Below are positions 47,093 to 56,761 of a stretch of DNA of 64,000 nt, piece after piece. How positions within the stretch are numbered: the first letter of the stretch is position 1; every line of letters starts with the position of its first letter. The notes under the pieces were generated by a model. That model was not told where the DNA came from and did not search any database. It saw nothing but the letters and a program-made list of their open reading frames with translations. Origin of the DNA: Candidatus Staskawiczbacteria bacterium (GTDB taxonomy: Bacteria > Patescibacteriota > Minisyncoccia > Minisyncoccales > Staskawiczbacteraceae); contig JAPLZC010000010.1 of assembly GCA_026395215.1 (NCBI GenBank), positions 140,150 to 204,149 on the forward strand. Direction: 5' to 3'. The position numbers and the translations under genes are program-made.

Positions 47093-47813
47093 CTAAAAAT
47101 TTAGACAATTTTTCAACATCCTCCGGTTTACCAAAATCCATCCAAAAATCTTTTATTTTATTTATTTTGACTTTCTTTTCTTGGGCTAAAAGTGAAACTG
47201 CATCTGTAACTTCATATTCTCCGCGAGGCGATTTTTCTATTTCCATAACCTTCTCAAAAATTTCAGGAGTAAATTTATATAAACTCGTGTTAATTAAGTC
47301 ACCCACAAATTCTTTTGCCTGCCCGCCGAGCAGGCGGGGCTTCTCAACTATTTTATCTAAAAAATCTCCATCAGCCAGAAGCACTCCAAAATTTTCTGGA
47401 TGATCATTTTTAAATCCGGCAACGTAATTAAAATTATCATCTACATTCATCGCCTCCAAATCTTCTACAGAATAAAAATTATCTCCGCATATATACAAAA
47501 ACGGCTCACCAATATCCTTAACACACATTAAGGGACAGGCGGTGCCATATATTTTTTCCTTCGGACCTAAAATTTCAAATTGGTTGATAACTCTTGCTTT
47601 ATATCCGGCGTCTTTCAAAAACTTCTCCATTAGTTTACTCTCATACCCAACAACTAAAATAAAATCGTCATAGCCGGCTTTTTGTAAATTATCTAAAACA
47701 TACGATAAAAAAGGTTTTCCATTAACCTTTATCAGATGTTTTGATTTATCTTTTGTCAGTTGCAGCATTCGAGTCCCCTGACCCGCAGCAGCTATGACAA
47801 CTTTTTTAATCAT
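47070..47813 (-). CDS. Sugar-phosphate nucleotidyltransferase (NTP_transferase family)
   Basis: KKVVIAAAGQGTRM...KHLIKVNGKPFL, which is a G-x-G-T-R nucleotide-binding signature. Confidence 0.7.
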   Translation of the reverse strand: MIKKVVIAAAGQGTRMLQLTKDKSKHLIKVNGKPFLSYVLDNLQKAGYDDFILVVGYESKLMEKFLKDAGYKARVINQFEILGPKEKIYGTACPLMCVKDIGEPFLYICGDNFYSVEDLEAMNVDDNFNYVAGFKNDHPENFGVLLADGDFLDKIVEKPRLLGGQAKEFVGDLINTSLYKFTPEIFEKVMEIEKSPRGEYEVTDAVSLLAQEKKVKINKIKDFWMDFGKPEDVEKLSKFLDENNSKR

Positions 47814-48372
47814 GGCCCAATTTAAAAGCGTTAATATTTAAATCCAAATATTTTTCAGGAATAACATTTTTAATCGCCCGCAGAACAGACTCCTTTTTAA
47901 ACGGAATTAATCCCTTACCAACAGCATATCCCAAAAGGTACAGTGTACATACAACATCGTTTTGTAGTTTGTCTTTGCACTCTTGCGAAGCCGGAACTAA
48001 ATACAATTCACTTTTAACCTTGTTTAAATCTTTTACAATTTCCTCTTTTGCGGGTGACCCAATAAATGGTAATAAATATTCATTAACTAATAACCTTGTT
48101 TTACCACCTGCCTTTGCCGATTCCCGTAACCCTTCAAGCAATTCTAAAGCAATAATTAGATCTGCTTGGCCATTTTGAACCATTGGAGAATAAACTTTCC
48201 TTCCAAATCTAATATGTGCTTCAACGCTTCCTCCTCTTTGTGAAAGCCCGTGAAGTTCCGAAGACCTCACGTCATATCCTTCAACAAAAGCAGTCTCATC
48301 TATCACCTGTAACAAAGTTATAATTCCCTGTCCGCCAACCCCTGTTAAAATTAAATTGAATGTTTTTTCCAT
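47806..48372 (-). CDS. iorB: Indolepyruvate ferredoxin oxidoreductase beta subunit
   Basis: LTGVGGQGIITLLQVI...SSELHGLSQRGGSVEAHIRFG, which is an IorB/PorG-type gamma domain. Confidence 0.7.
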   Translation of the reverse strand: MEKTFNLILTGVGGQGIITLLQVIDETAFVEGYDVRSSELHGLSQRGGSVEAHIRFGRKVYSPMVQNGQADLIIALELLEGLRESAKAGGKTRLLVNEYLLPFIGSPAKEEIVKDLNKVKSELYLVPASQECKDKLQNDVVCTLYLLGYAVGKGLIPFKKESVLRAIKNVIPEKYLDLNINAFKLGHD

Positions 48373-48373
48373 A

Positions 48374-50041
48374 TTATTTTGCTTGCCTCTTAGCTAAAAG
48401 AGCGCAAATTCTTTTACAAATAATTACTGATATCTCACCTTTTTCTAAAAATTCTTTGACCGTACTTTCTAATTCCTGCACATTTATTGGATCTAAAACT
48501 TTTATATTTTTAACTCCACAGGCTTTAGTTATTTCTTCTATGCTTAGTTCTTGCGTATCCTCACCCATTAAAGTTTTGCCCATCCCAGGATTTGGCTGGT
48601 GACCCGTCATGGCTGTTATTCTATTATCTAAAATAACCACTAAAGGATTAGATTTATTGTAGACCGCATTAATAAGCCCTGCAATTCCTGAGTGAAAAAA
48701 TGTTCCGTCTCCCATTATAGAAATTACTTTTTGCCTGCCCGCCGAAGCTTCAACGAAGGCGGGGTTGACCGCTTTCGAAACTCCATGAGAAATTCCAATT
48801 CCAGCTCCCATTGCAAACATATAATCAGATAAACTATGCGGAGGAAGATTGGCTATCATATTGCACCCAATATCTCCTCCAAATATTGCGTCGGGCGCTA
48901 CTCTTCTTAAAACAGGAAAAACATACCAATATGGACAACCTTCGCACAGCCTGGCTGTTCTCTTTGGTAAGTCTATCTTTTTTGTCTTAAAAGCAACAAA
49001 TTTCTTGCCAGTGACTTTTGCCAAGGCGACTGTAATTTTTTCTGTGTTTAGCTCGCCAATTTCTGATAATACACTTTTCCCAAAAATTTCTAGTTTACAA
49101 TTTGCGCCTTTTGCTAAAACGGTAATCTCTTTTTCCAAATAGCCATCTAGCTCTTCAACAATTAAAACTTTTTCAAGATTCTTTATAAAATTCTTAATTT
49201 TCTTTTCTGGCAAAGGATAGAAAAATCCGAGTTTTAAAACTGGCAAGTCCCTGCCTTCCGGCAGGCAGGTAGACCCTAAAAATTCCAACGCTTCCTTCAC
49301 ATGTAAATAAGAAATCCCTGAAGTAATAATGCCAATCTTGCTCTTTCCTCCGGTGATTTGATTTGTTTCTGATACTTCTGCAATTTGTTTTATTTTTTTA
49401 ATTTTATCCAAAAGCTCTTTCTTCATTTCCAGGGTCCTTGGTGGCATTGTAGAAAACTGGTGCGGATTCTTCACAAAATTTCCAACTTTAGGTTGGCTAT
49501 CTCTTTTCACTTCACTAAAAATAACTGGCGCTTTTTGGTGATTTACCCTTGTGGTTGTGTGCAATATCACGGGCGTATTAAATTCTTCAGAAATCTTGTA
49601 AGCTAATTTAGTAAAATCATAACACTCTTGTGGATCAGACGGTTCTAACATTGGTATGTGCCCAAAACCAGCATAAACTCTTGAGTTTTGCTCTGTTTGG
49701 GCCGAGCTCCAGCAAGAAGGGTCGTCAGCCACTACAATAACCATTGCACCCTTAGTTCCAGTGTAGGCTAAAGGCAATAAAGAGTCAGAACAAACGTTTA
49801 TTCCAAAGCTCTTCATATTAACCAAAGACTTTAACCCAGAAAAACTGGCCCCAATTGCAGCCTCCAAAGCAGTTTTTTCGTTAGTTGACCATTCAGCATA
49901 AACTCCGTTTTCCTTGGCAATCTTACCAAAATTGTCCCCAATTTCAGCCGAAGGACATCCAGGATATCCCGAAACAAAAGATACGCCCGAAGCCAAAGCC
50001 CCCTGAATTATTGCATCATTCCCTAATAATATTTTTTTCAT
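48374..50041 (-). CDS. iorA: Indolepyruvate ferredoxin oxidoreductase alpha subunit (TPP-dependent)
   Basis: TPP-binding motif GDGTFFHSG. Cys cluster (CEGCPYWYV). An N-terminal pyruvate-flavodoxin-oxidoreductase-like domain. Immediately upstream of iorB. Confidence 0.7.
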   Translation of the reverse strand: MKKILLGNDAIIQGALASGVSFVSGYPGCPSAEIGDNFGKIAKENGVYAEWSTNEKTALEAAIGASFSGLKSLVNMKSFGINVCSDSLLPLAYTGTKGAMVIVVADDPSCWSSAQTEQNSRVYAGFGHIPMLEPSDPQECYDFTKLAYKISEEFNTPVILHTTTRVNHQKAPVIFSEVKRDSQPKVGNFVKNPHQFSTMPPRTLEMKKELLDKIKKIKQIAEVSETNQITGGKSKIGIITSGISYLHVKEALEFLGSTCLPEGRDLPVLKLGFFYPLPEKKIKNFIKNLEKVLIVEELDGYLEKEITVLAKGANCKLEIFGKSVLSEIGELNTEKITVALAKVTGKKFVAFKTKKIDLPKRTARLCEGCPYWYVFPVLRRVAPDAIFGGDIGCNMIANLPPHSLSDYMFAMGAGIGISHGVSKAVNPAFVEASAGRQKVISIMGDGTFFHSGIAGLINAVYNKSNPLVVILDNRITAMTGHQPNPGMGKTLMGEDTQELSIEEITKACGVKNIKVLDPINVQELESTVKEFLEKGEISVIICKRICALLAKRQAK

Positions 50042-52515
50042 ATAACAACATTAATTAATTTATTTGGGACGAAAACTATTTTTTTTACCTCGCTTTTGCC
50101 GATTAGCGCTTGTATTTTTTCTGATTTTAAAACCAATTTTTCTGCCTCTTTTTGCGTGAGGCCGGATTTGGCGATTATTTTATCACGCACCTTACCGTTT
50201 ATTTGAACAATTAAAAGTATATTTTCTTCTTCAATTAATTTTTCATCATATTTTGGCCACTTCTGTTCACAGCACAACTCTTTTTGCCCAGAGTTAGACC
50301 AAAGCTCTTCAGCTAAATGCGGAGCAAAAGGCGACAAAATCTTCAAAAAGTCTGATAAATCCTTTTTATCCAACCCTTCACTGGAAGCTTGATATGCATT
50401 TACAAACTCCATCATAGAACTTACTGCTGTATTAAATTTCATCAACTCAATATCCTCGCCAACTTTTTTGATTGTCTTATGAAGTAGTTTTCTTAATTCT
50501 ACCCCGTCATTCGACGGGGTACCCGGTCGTATGACCGGGTAAATTTTTTGAGAAAGATTCCAAATCTTTTCAAGGAATCTTCTCGAACCTACAACTCCTT
50601 TTGTGTCCCAAGGAATCATTTGTTCAAATGGCCCCATAAACATTTCGTAAAGCCTTAAAGTGTCAGCTCCGTATTGTTTTACAATTACATCTGGGTTTAT
50701 TACATTACCCTTAGATTTTGACATCTTAATACCACCCTCTCCCAAAACCATTCCGTGCGAGGTTCTCTTTTTGTAAGGCTCAGATCCAATAGAGGTTGGG
50801 AAAGCTTTAATATCCCACAAAAATTTAAAAATAAATCTTGAATACAAGAGGTGCAGAGTTGTGTGCTCCATTCCGCCATTATACCAATCAACCGGCATCC
50901 AATATCTTGCCAAAGATTCGTCAACCAATTTTTTACTGTTTTTTGGATCTATATACCTTAAATAATACCAATTGGATCCTGCCCAGTTAGGCATTGTGTC
51001 TGTTTCTCTTTTTGCATCTTCACCGCATTTTGGACATTTGGTTTCCACCCATTTATTAATTAAAGAAAGTGGCGATTCTCCAGTATCAGTAGGCTGATAT
51101 TTTTTAACATTAGGTAATTTAACCGGTAAATCTTTTTCGCCAACCGGCTGCCACCCAGCTTGTGCTGAGCCACCAGTTGAAGCACATTTTTTACAAAAAA
51201 CCATAGGAATTGGCTCTCCCCAATAATGCTGGCGTGAAAAAACCCAATCTCTTAGTTTGTAGCTAACTTTCGGTTGAGCCAAACCCTTAGAAGACAACCA
51301 TGTTATTATCATTGGCCTTGCTTCTGCAGATTTTAAACCATCAAATTGCGCTGAATTGTATAAAGTGCCGTCGCCTTCAAAACATTCTTCTAGATTTTTA
51401 ACCTTTTGCCATAGCAATTCGTCATCTGGTTTTATTGATGTTCTTAGGGCTATACCATATTTCTTAGCCATTTTAAAATCCCTCTTGTCGTGCGCATCAG
51501 CAAAAACAGCGCCCGAACCATATTGTTCTAGCACAAAATCAGCCACCCAAACTGGCATCTCTTCATTTGTAGCTGGGTTTCTAACCAATATTCCTTTTAG
51601 CTGTACACCCGTAACGTCTTTATCCTGGTTTGTTCTATCCATGTCAGAAACATTTTTGGCGTCTTCTCTGTATTTTAAAACCTCTTCAATATTTTCTATC
51701 TTGCCCTTATGTTTTTCTATAAAATTATGCCCGGGAGCCAGTATAAGAAAAGTACCGGAAAATATTGTGTCTACCCTTGTTGTGAAAACTTCTATAAACT
51801 CTTCAACTCCTTCAACCGGAAATTTAACAATTGCTCCGTGACTTTCCCCAATCCAGTCTTTTTGTTGTGTTTTAATTTTCTCTAAATAATCCACGGAGTC
51901 CAAATCTCTAATCAGTCTGTCGGCATAATTGGTAATTTTTATCATCCATTGATCCTTTTCTCTTTTCTCAACCTTTGCTCCACACCTTTCACAATTCCCA
52001 GCAACAACTTCTTCGTTAGCCAGCCCAATTTTGCATGAAGGACACCAATTTATATTTATCTTTGCCTTGTACGCCAACCCATTTTTAAACAACTGTATAA
52101 AAATCCACTGTGTCCATTTATAATATTTTGGATCTGTTGTATCAATTTCGCGTGACCAATCAAAAGACCAACCCAAACTTTTCATTTGCGTTCTAAATGT
52201 CTCTGTGTTCTTTTTTGTAATTACCGAAGGGTGCACTCCCTTTTTGATTGCATAGTTTTCAGTTGGCAAACCAAAAGCGTCCCAGCCCATTGGGTACAAA
52301 ACGTTATATCCCTGCATTCGCCTTTTACGGGCAATAATGTCTAAAGCCGTATAGCTTCTGCAGTGTCCTACGTGAAGCCCGTCTCCCGAAGGGTATGGAA
52401 ACTCCACCATAACATAAAATTTCTTCTTTTTAGACCCATTTTTAGCCTTAAAAACCCCAGTCTCATACCAGACATCTTGCCACTTAGGTTCAATTTTCTT
52501 AGGATTGTATTTCAT
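50038..52515 (-). CDS. leuS: Leucine--tRNA ligase
   Basis: HIGH region PYPSGDGLHVGHCRSY. KMSKSKGN motif. 825 aa. Confidence 0.9.
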   Translation of the reverse strand: MKYNPKKIEPKWQDVWYETGVFKAKNGSKKKKFYVMVEFPYPSGDGLHVGHCRSYTALDIIARKRRMQGYNVLYPMGWDAFGLPTENYAIKKGVHPSVITKKNTETFRTQMKSLGWSFDWSREIDTTDPKYYKWTQWIFIQLFKNGLAYKAKININWCPSCKIGLANEEVVAGNCERCGAKVEKREKDQWMIKITNYADRLIRDLDSVDYLEKIKTQQKDWIGESHGAIVKFPVEGVEEFIEVFTTRVDTIFSGTFLILAPGHNFIEKHKGKIENIEEVLKYREDAKNVSDMDRTNQDKDVTGVQLKGILVRNPATNEEMPVWVADFVLEQYGSGAVFADAHDKRDFKMAKKYGIALRTSIKPDDELLWQKVKNLEECFEGDGTLYNSAQFDGLKSAEARPMIITWLSSKGLAQPKVSYKLRDWVFSRQHYWGEPIPMVFCKKCASTGGSAQAGWQPVGEKDLPVKLPNVKKYQPTDTGESPLSLINKWVETKCPKCGEDAKRETDTMPNWAGSNWYYLRYIDPKNSKKLVDESLARYWMPVDWYNGGMEHTTLHLLYSRFIFKFLWDIKAFPTSIGSEPYKKRTSHGMVLGEGGIKMSKSKGNVINPDVIVKQYGADTLRLYEMFMGPFEQMIPWDTKGVVGSRRFLEKIWNLSQKIYPVIRPGTPSNDGVELRKLLHKTIKKVGEDIELMKFNTAVSSMMEFVNAYQASSEGLDKKDLSDFLKILSPFAPHLAEELWSNSGQKELCCEQKWPKYDEKLIEEENILLIVQINGKVRDKIIAKSGLTQKEAEKLVLKSEKIQALIGKSEVKKIVFVPNKLINVVI

Positions 52516-52663
52516 AAAATATTACCTTCATAATAGCAAAATTTGCCATTTGGGTAAATCTTGACATAGGTCATATAATATGCCAGTGTATAGTCAAGGC
52601 ATATTTCATAAACAATCCCAAAAGGGACGGCGATGGCAGCCGAAATTCTGAAAGGAGAAAGCC

Positions 52664-52864
52664 ATGGATAGGAAGGTCAAAATCGTAATCACGTGTTTGG
52701 TCGTCGGTGTGGTGGCTGGCTTGAGCGCCCACCTGTTCTTCAAACATACAACCAGCGCGATCATCGGTGTAGCCGCGGGCGCATGGATCGTACTCGTGGC
52801 CAACGACTGGTGCCTAGGAGTCTGGGCGCTCCGCCGGCTCGGAGTACTCCCGCCCAAGAAATAG
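52664..52864 (+). CDS. Small two-TM hydrophobic peptide in a GC-rich self-contained cassette
   Basis: 66 aa (MDRKVKIVITCLVVGVVAGLSAHLFF...IIGVAAGAWIVLVANDWCLGVWALRRLG). The SD aaaggagaaagcc sits immediately before the ATG. An upstream TTGACA / TGnTATAGT promoter-like sequence is present. GC is above 55% against a background of about 35%. Confidence 0.4.
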   Translation: MDRKVKIVITCLVVGVVAGLSAHLFFKHTTSAIIGVAAGAWIVLVANDWCLGVWALRRLGVLPPKK

Positions 52865-52865
52865 C

Positions 52866-52921
52866 GAGCATTGCTCGCCAAGGTACGAACCCATTCTCAC
52901 CCGAGAATCCTTAAGGGTTCT
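52866..52921 (+). terminator. Compound hairpins plus T-run terminator after the small ORF
   Basis: gcgagc-attg-ctcgc, then gaaccc[attctc-accc-gagaat]ccttaa-gggttc followed by ttttttt. Confidence 0.5.
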
Positions 52922-52925
52922 TTTT

Positions 52926-53780
52926 TTATATTTTGAATAGATTTTTGGCGTTTTGGGTGGTTGCAGAGGCAACTTCGTCGAAGGTTATACCTTTTAACTC
53001 GGCTATTCTTTCGGCGACGTATTTTACAAAAATTGGTTCATTCCTGCCGCCTTCGCCCTCTGGGCTTCGGCGAGCCAAGGGTGGAGTAAGATAAGGGCAA
53101 TCAGTTTCAATCAAAATTTTATCTAGCGGGGTTTTTTTTATAACCTCGTCTAAATCTAATTTAAAAATTATTCCATTAATTCCCAAATAAAATCCCAACG
53201 CTATAAACTTTTCTGCTTCTTCTAAGGTACCGGTAAAGCAATGGATTACTCCCCTATTTTTTCTATTTTTCAGTATTTCATACAAATCATCAAAAGCCAT
53301 TCGGCAATGTACAATTACTGGTAAATCTAGCTCGCTGGCCAAATCTAGTTGTTCAATAAAAACTTTCTTCTGTAATTCTTTAAATTGCTCTAATCTTGCA
53401 GTTGTTTTTGGTTTGTAATAATAATCCAACCCAATCTCCCCAATAGCCACTATTTTATTTTTCCCCGATTCGCTTCTATCTGCTAAAACTAAATTTTTAT
53501 ATTTTTCCCGGTCATATTCTTCCCCCAGCGGGGCAAAGGCGCCTTCTTCCTCGTCCATCCTTAGTTTCATTAAATCTGTCTTTATATGAATTGGATGCAT
53601 TCCAATTGCCGCGTAAATATTGTCATTCTTCTCTGCCAACTCAACCGCGTTTTTGGAAGTCTCATATTTTGTCCCCACATCAATACAAACAACGCCCTCA
53701 TCCCGAGTGCGTTTTATCACCTCCTCCCTATCTTTATCGTACGCCTTAAAGCTTATGTGAGAATGAGTGTCTATCAACAT
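52926..53780 (-). CDS. tatD: TatD-family metal-dependent DNase/hydrolase
   Basis: MLIDTHSHI N-terminus. Conserved His/Asp/Glu residues of the TIM-barrel hydrolase. Confidence 0.8.
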   Translation of the reverse strand: MLIDTHSHISFKAYDKDREEVIKRTRDEGVVCIDVGTKYETSKNAVELAEKNDNIYAAIGMHPIHIKTDLMKLRMDEEEGAFAPLGEEYDREKYKNLVLADRSESGKNKIVAIGEIGLDYYYKPKTTARLEQFKELQKKVFIEQLDLASELDLPVIVHCRMAFDDLYEILKNRKNRGVIHCFTGTLEEAEKFIALGFYLGINGIIFKLDLDEVIKKTPLDKILIETDCPYLTPPLARRSPEGEGGRNEPIFVKYVAERIAELKGITFDEVASATTQNAKNLFKI

Positions 53781-55223
53781 TTATTTTACTTTATCAATTC
53801 TAGGGAATAAATTTTCGGATTTCTTAGATTCAACAGCTTTTATAATTTTTGCAGAAGTTTCTGGTAAAAATGGGTCTAGGAGAATGCCGATTTCTTTTAT
53901 GGCGAAGAATAGGTCGTTTATAACTTGAGGATTTCGTGTCTCCCACAATTTTTCTTCATTTATATATTTGTCGCAGAAAGCAATTATCTCCCACACCGAA
54001 GCTAAGGCTTCGTTGAATTTGAAATTTGAAATTTGAAATTTGAAATTTTTCTGAACTTCTTTAATTTTCTTTTTTAATTCTTTATTTCGGATTTCTAATT
54101 TCGTGCTTCGAGTTTCAGATTTGGCGATCCCCAAAGTACGAGCAACCAAGTTACCTATTCCGCCCGCCAAATCTGCGTTGTATCTTTGCTCAAATTTTTC
54201 ATAGGTAAAATCTCCATCTTCTGTTGGTGAAAACTCACGAAGCAAATAATAACGCACTGCGTCTGTACTATATTTTTTAACTAACTCAAATGGATTAATT
54301 ACATTTCCCAAAGACTTAGACATTTTCTGACCATTGGCTGTTACAAAACCGTGTATAAAAATCTGCTTAGATGTTGGCAGCCCAGCTGACAAAAGCATTG
54401 CCTGCCACATTGAGCTTTGTTGACGCAAATTGTCTTTACCGGCAATCTGAAGCCCTGGCCAAAAATCTTTGAACTTCTTCTTATCTTCGGGCCAACCCAA
54501 AGCTGAAACATAATTTACAAGCGCATCAAACCAAACATACATTACTTGTTTGCTATCCCCCGGAACCTCTATCCCCCACGGCATTTTTTCTTTTATTCTA
54601 GAAATACTAAAATCTTCCAAGCCTCGCTCTGTAAACATTGCAATCTCATTTAGCTTTGAGTTTGGTACAACAAATTCAGGATTCTTCTTATATAACTTTA
54701 AAAGATCTTTTTGGTATTTTGAATATCTAAAAAAATAATTCTCTTCATCTATAATTTCCACTTCCAAGTTTGGATGTATCGGACATCTTCCATTTACCAG
54801 TTCTGAATCTGTTTTTTCTAATTCACACCCAACACAATACTTTGATTTATAAATTTTTTTATAAATATCGCCATTTTTTTCGCAGAGCTTCCAAAAGGTC
54901 TGGGCTGCTTCTATGTGGTGCAAATCTGTTGTTCTTACAAAATTATTATAGCTTAAATTAAGCGCCTGCTTTAAATTATCAAACTTTTTCGCATAAATAT
55001 TGCAATATTCCTGAGGGGTCAATTTATTTTCTTCTGCCTTCTGAAAAATTTTTAACCCATGCTCGTCAACGCCGGTATTAAAAAATACTTCTTCTCCTAA
55101 AGATTTATGGTAACGGGCAATAACATCTGCTTGTATAATTTCTAAAGCAAAACCAATGTGCGGGTCGGCGTTTACGTATGGCAATGTGGTAGTTATGTAA
55201 AATTTATTCTTTTTCTTAAACAT
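53781..55223 (-). CDS. metG: Methionine--tRNA ligase
   Basis: TTLPYVNADPHIGFALE (HIGH region). KMSKSLGN motif. Zn knuckle CVGC...GRCPIH. Confidence 0.9.
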   Translation of the reverse strand: MFKKKNKFYITTTLPYVNADPHIGFALEIIQADVIARYHKSLGEEVFFNTGVDEHGLKIFQKAEENKLTPQEYCNIYAKKFDNLKQALNLSYNNFVRTTDLHHIEAAQTFWKLCEKNGDIYKKIYKSKYCVGCELEKTDSELVNGRCPIHPNLEVEIIDEENYFFRYSKYQKDLLKLYKKNPEFVVPNSKLNEIAMFTERGLEDFSISRIKEKMPWGIEVPGDSKQVMYVWFDALVNYVSALGWPEDKKKFKDFWPGLQIAGKDNLRQQSSMWQAMLLSAGLPTSKQIFIHGFVTANGQKMSKSLGNVINPFELVKKYSTDAVRYYLLREFSPTEDGDFTYEKFEQRYNADLAGGIGNLVARTLGIAKSETRSTKLEIRNKELKKKIKEVQKNFKFQISNFKFNEALASVWEIIAFCDKYINEEKLWETRNPQVINDLFFAIKEIGILLDPFLPETSAKIIKAVESKKSENLFPRIDKVK

Positions 55224-55261
55224 AGTATAATTATTAATTACTTGATTTTAACACTTTTTTT

Positions 55262-55741
55262 ATGATTTTACTCGTACATATACTATTTGGGGTTGCAGTA
55301 GGCTCTTTAGTGAATAACATCCCACTAGCTATTGTTTTTGCTTTCCTAAGCCATTACTTTTTGGATTTATTCCCACATATTGAATATAATATCGAAATTA
55401 GGAACAAAAAACAATGGCCCTCCTCCGCTAAAGCTATGGCGGGCAGGCAAGGAAAGTTATGGAGTATTACAAAAATAGCTATAGACTTTTTAACAGGCGT
55501 CTTATTTATTTTTTTATTCTCAAAAAACCAACCTATAAATTATATTTGCGCTTTTTTTGCAATATTACCCGATGGCATTACTGTTTTAACTAATCATTTC
55601 CCAAGCAAATTTTTAAAACCACATAACAAGTTTCACCAAGAAAAAATACACTTTCTAAAATATAAAAAAATCTCCAACTTCTGGAGAATTTTAAGCCAAG
55701 TACTAGCAGTTGTTATTTCTATTTTACTCCTGAAGTTCTAA
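55262..55741 (+). CDS. DUF457-like membrane protein (putative membrane-bound metal-dependent hydrolase)
   Basis: MILLVHILFGVAVGSL... N-terminus typical of YdjM/DUF457. Four TM segments. Confidence 0.4.
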   Translation: MILLVHILFGVAVGSLVNNIPLAIVFAFLSHYFLDLFPHIEYNIEIRNKKQWPSSAKAMAGRQGKLWSITKIAIDFLTGVLFIFLFSKNQPINYICAFFAILPDGITVLTNHFPSKFLKPHNKFHQEKIHFLKYKKISNFWRILSQVLAVVISILLLKF

Positions 55742-56761
55742 ACTCTCTTCTCGCCTCTTCTCTAAGAATTCTTTCAAAAACTCATAAATAATACCAAAAA
55801 CCGGGACTGCAAAAATTGTCCCCAAAAACCCAAATAATTTAGCTCCAACAAGTAATGCAATCAAAACCAAAACTGGCGGGACATCTGCCAGTTTTTTCAT
55901 TAACAGAGGCGTCAAAAGCTTATTATCAATTTCTTGTACCAAAAATACGGCCAGTAAAACATATAAAATTGTCACCCATGCCCCAGAAGAAACGGCAATA
56001 AAAACAACTAACAAAACTGTTGTTATTAATGGCCCTATATAAGGGACAAAATTTAAAACCCCGGAAATTAGGGCCAAAAGGAAGGCGTACTTTATCCCAA
56101 ATACATAAAAAACAATATAAGAAGCAACTCCCACAAAAAGGCAAGAAAGAATTCTTGCTCCAAACCAACCAGAAATTTTATTTTGAGCTCTCCCAAAAAG
56201 AGTGACAATATTTTCCTCATATTTTTTAGGAAAAACGAGCTTTAAAAATCTCTCGAAAGCATTGTCCTCCAAAGAAAGAAAAATAGCAGTTGTCAAAATA
56301 AATGCTGTGCTGGCAAGTCCCCCAAAAAATGTGGCAACAGCATTCATAACTCCCTTTGAACTCTGAGCAAGACCTGCAAGCAAAAGCTGGGTTAAATTTG
56401 CGAATGTCTGGGTTGTATCAATTCCTATTTGTTGTAAAAAAGGACTTAGCGTATACGAGTATTCTGGTAAATGGCGCGACAATTGTCTCAGCTCTTCGAT
56501 AAAAAGCGGAGCAGTTAAATAAATTAAAATTCCTAAAATTCCAAATATAGAAAAATAAACAAAAATTACAGCCAAAGCTTTAGGCACCCAAAATTTTCTC
56601 AAAAAGTTTATCGCCGGAGTAAGCAAAACAGATATAGCTAAAGCAAAGAAAAACCAAAGAGCTATGTCTCTTGTCAAATAAATAAGATAAAAAACAAAAA
56701 TCGCTATAAATATCTTAGCTATTGTTTCCCAAGAAATATCTAAAACCTGATTTTTTTCCAT
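55724..56761 (-). CDS. AI-2E family transporter (PerM/UPF0118)
   Basis: Eight-TM topology. The N-terminal pattern ETIAKIFIAIFVFYLIYLTRDI is typical of the AI-2E family. Confidence 0.65.
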   Translation of the reverse strand: MEKNQVLDISWETIAKIFIAIFVFYLIYLTRDIALWFFFALAISVLLTPAINFLRKFWVPKALAVIFVYFSIFGILGILIYLTAPLFIEELRQLSRHLPEYSYTLSPFLQQIGIDTTQTFANLTQLLLAGLAQSSKGVMNAVATFFGGLASTAFILTTAIFLSLEDNAFERFLKLVFPKKYEENIVTLFGRAQNKISGWFGARILSCLFVGVASYIVFYVFGIKYAFLLALISGVLNFVPYIGPLITTVLLVVFIAVSSGAWVTILYVLLAVFLVQEIDNKLLTPLLMKKLADVPPVLVLIALLVGAKLFGFLGTIFAVPVFGIIYEFLKEFLEKRREESLELQE

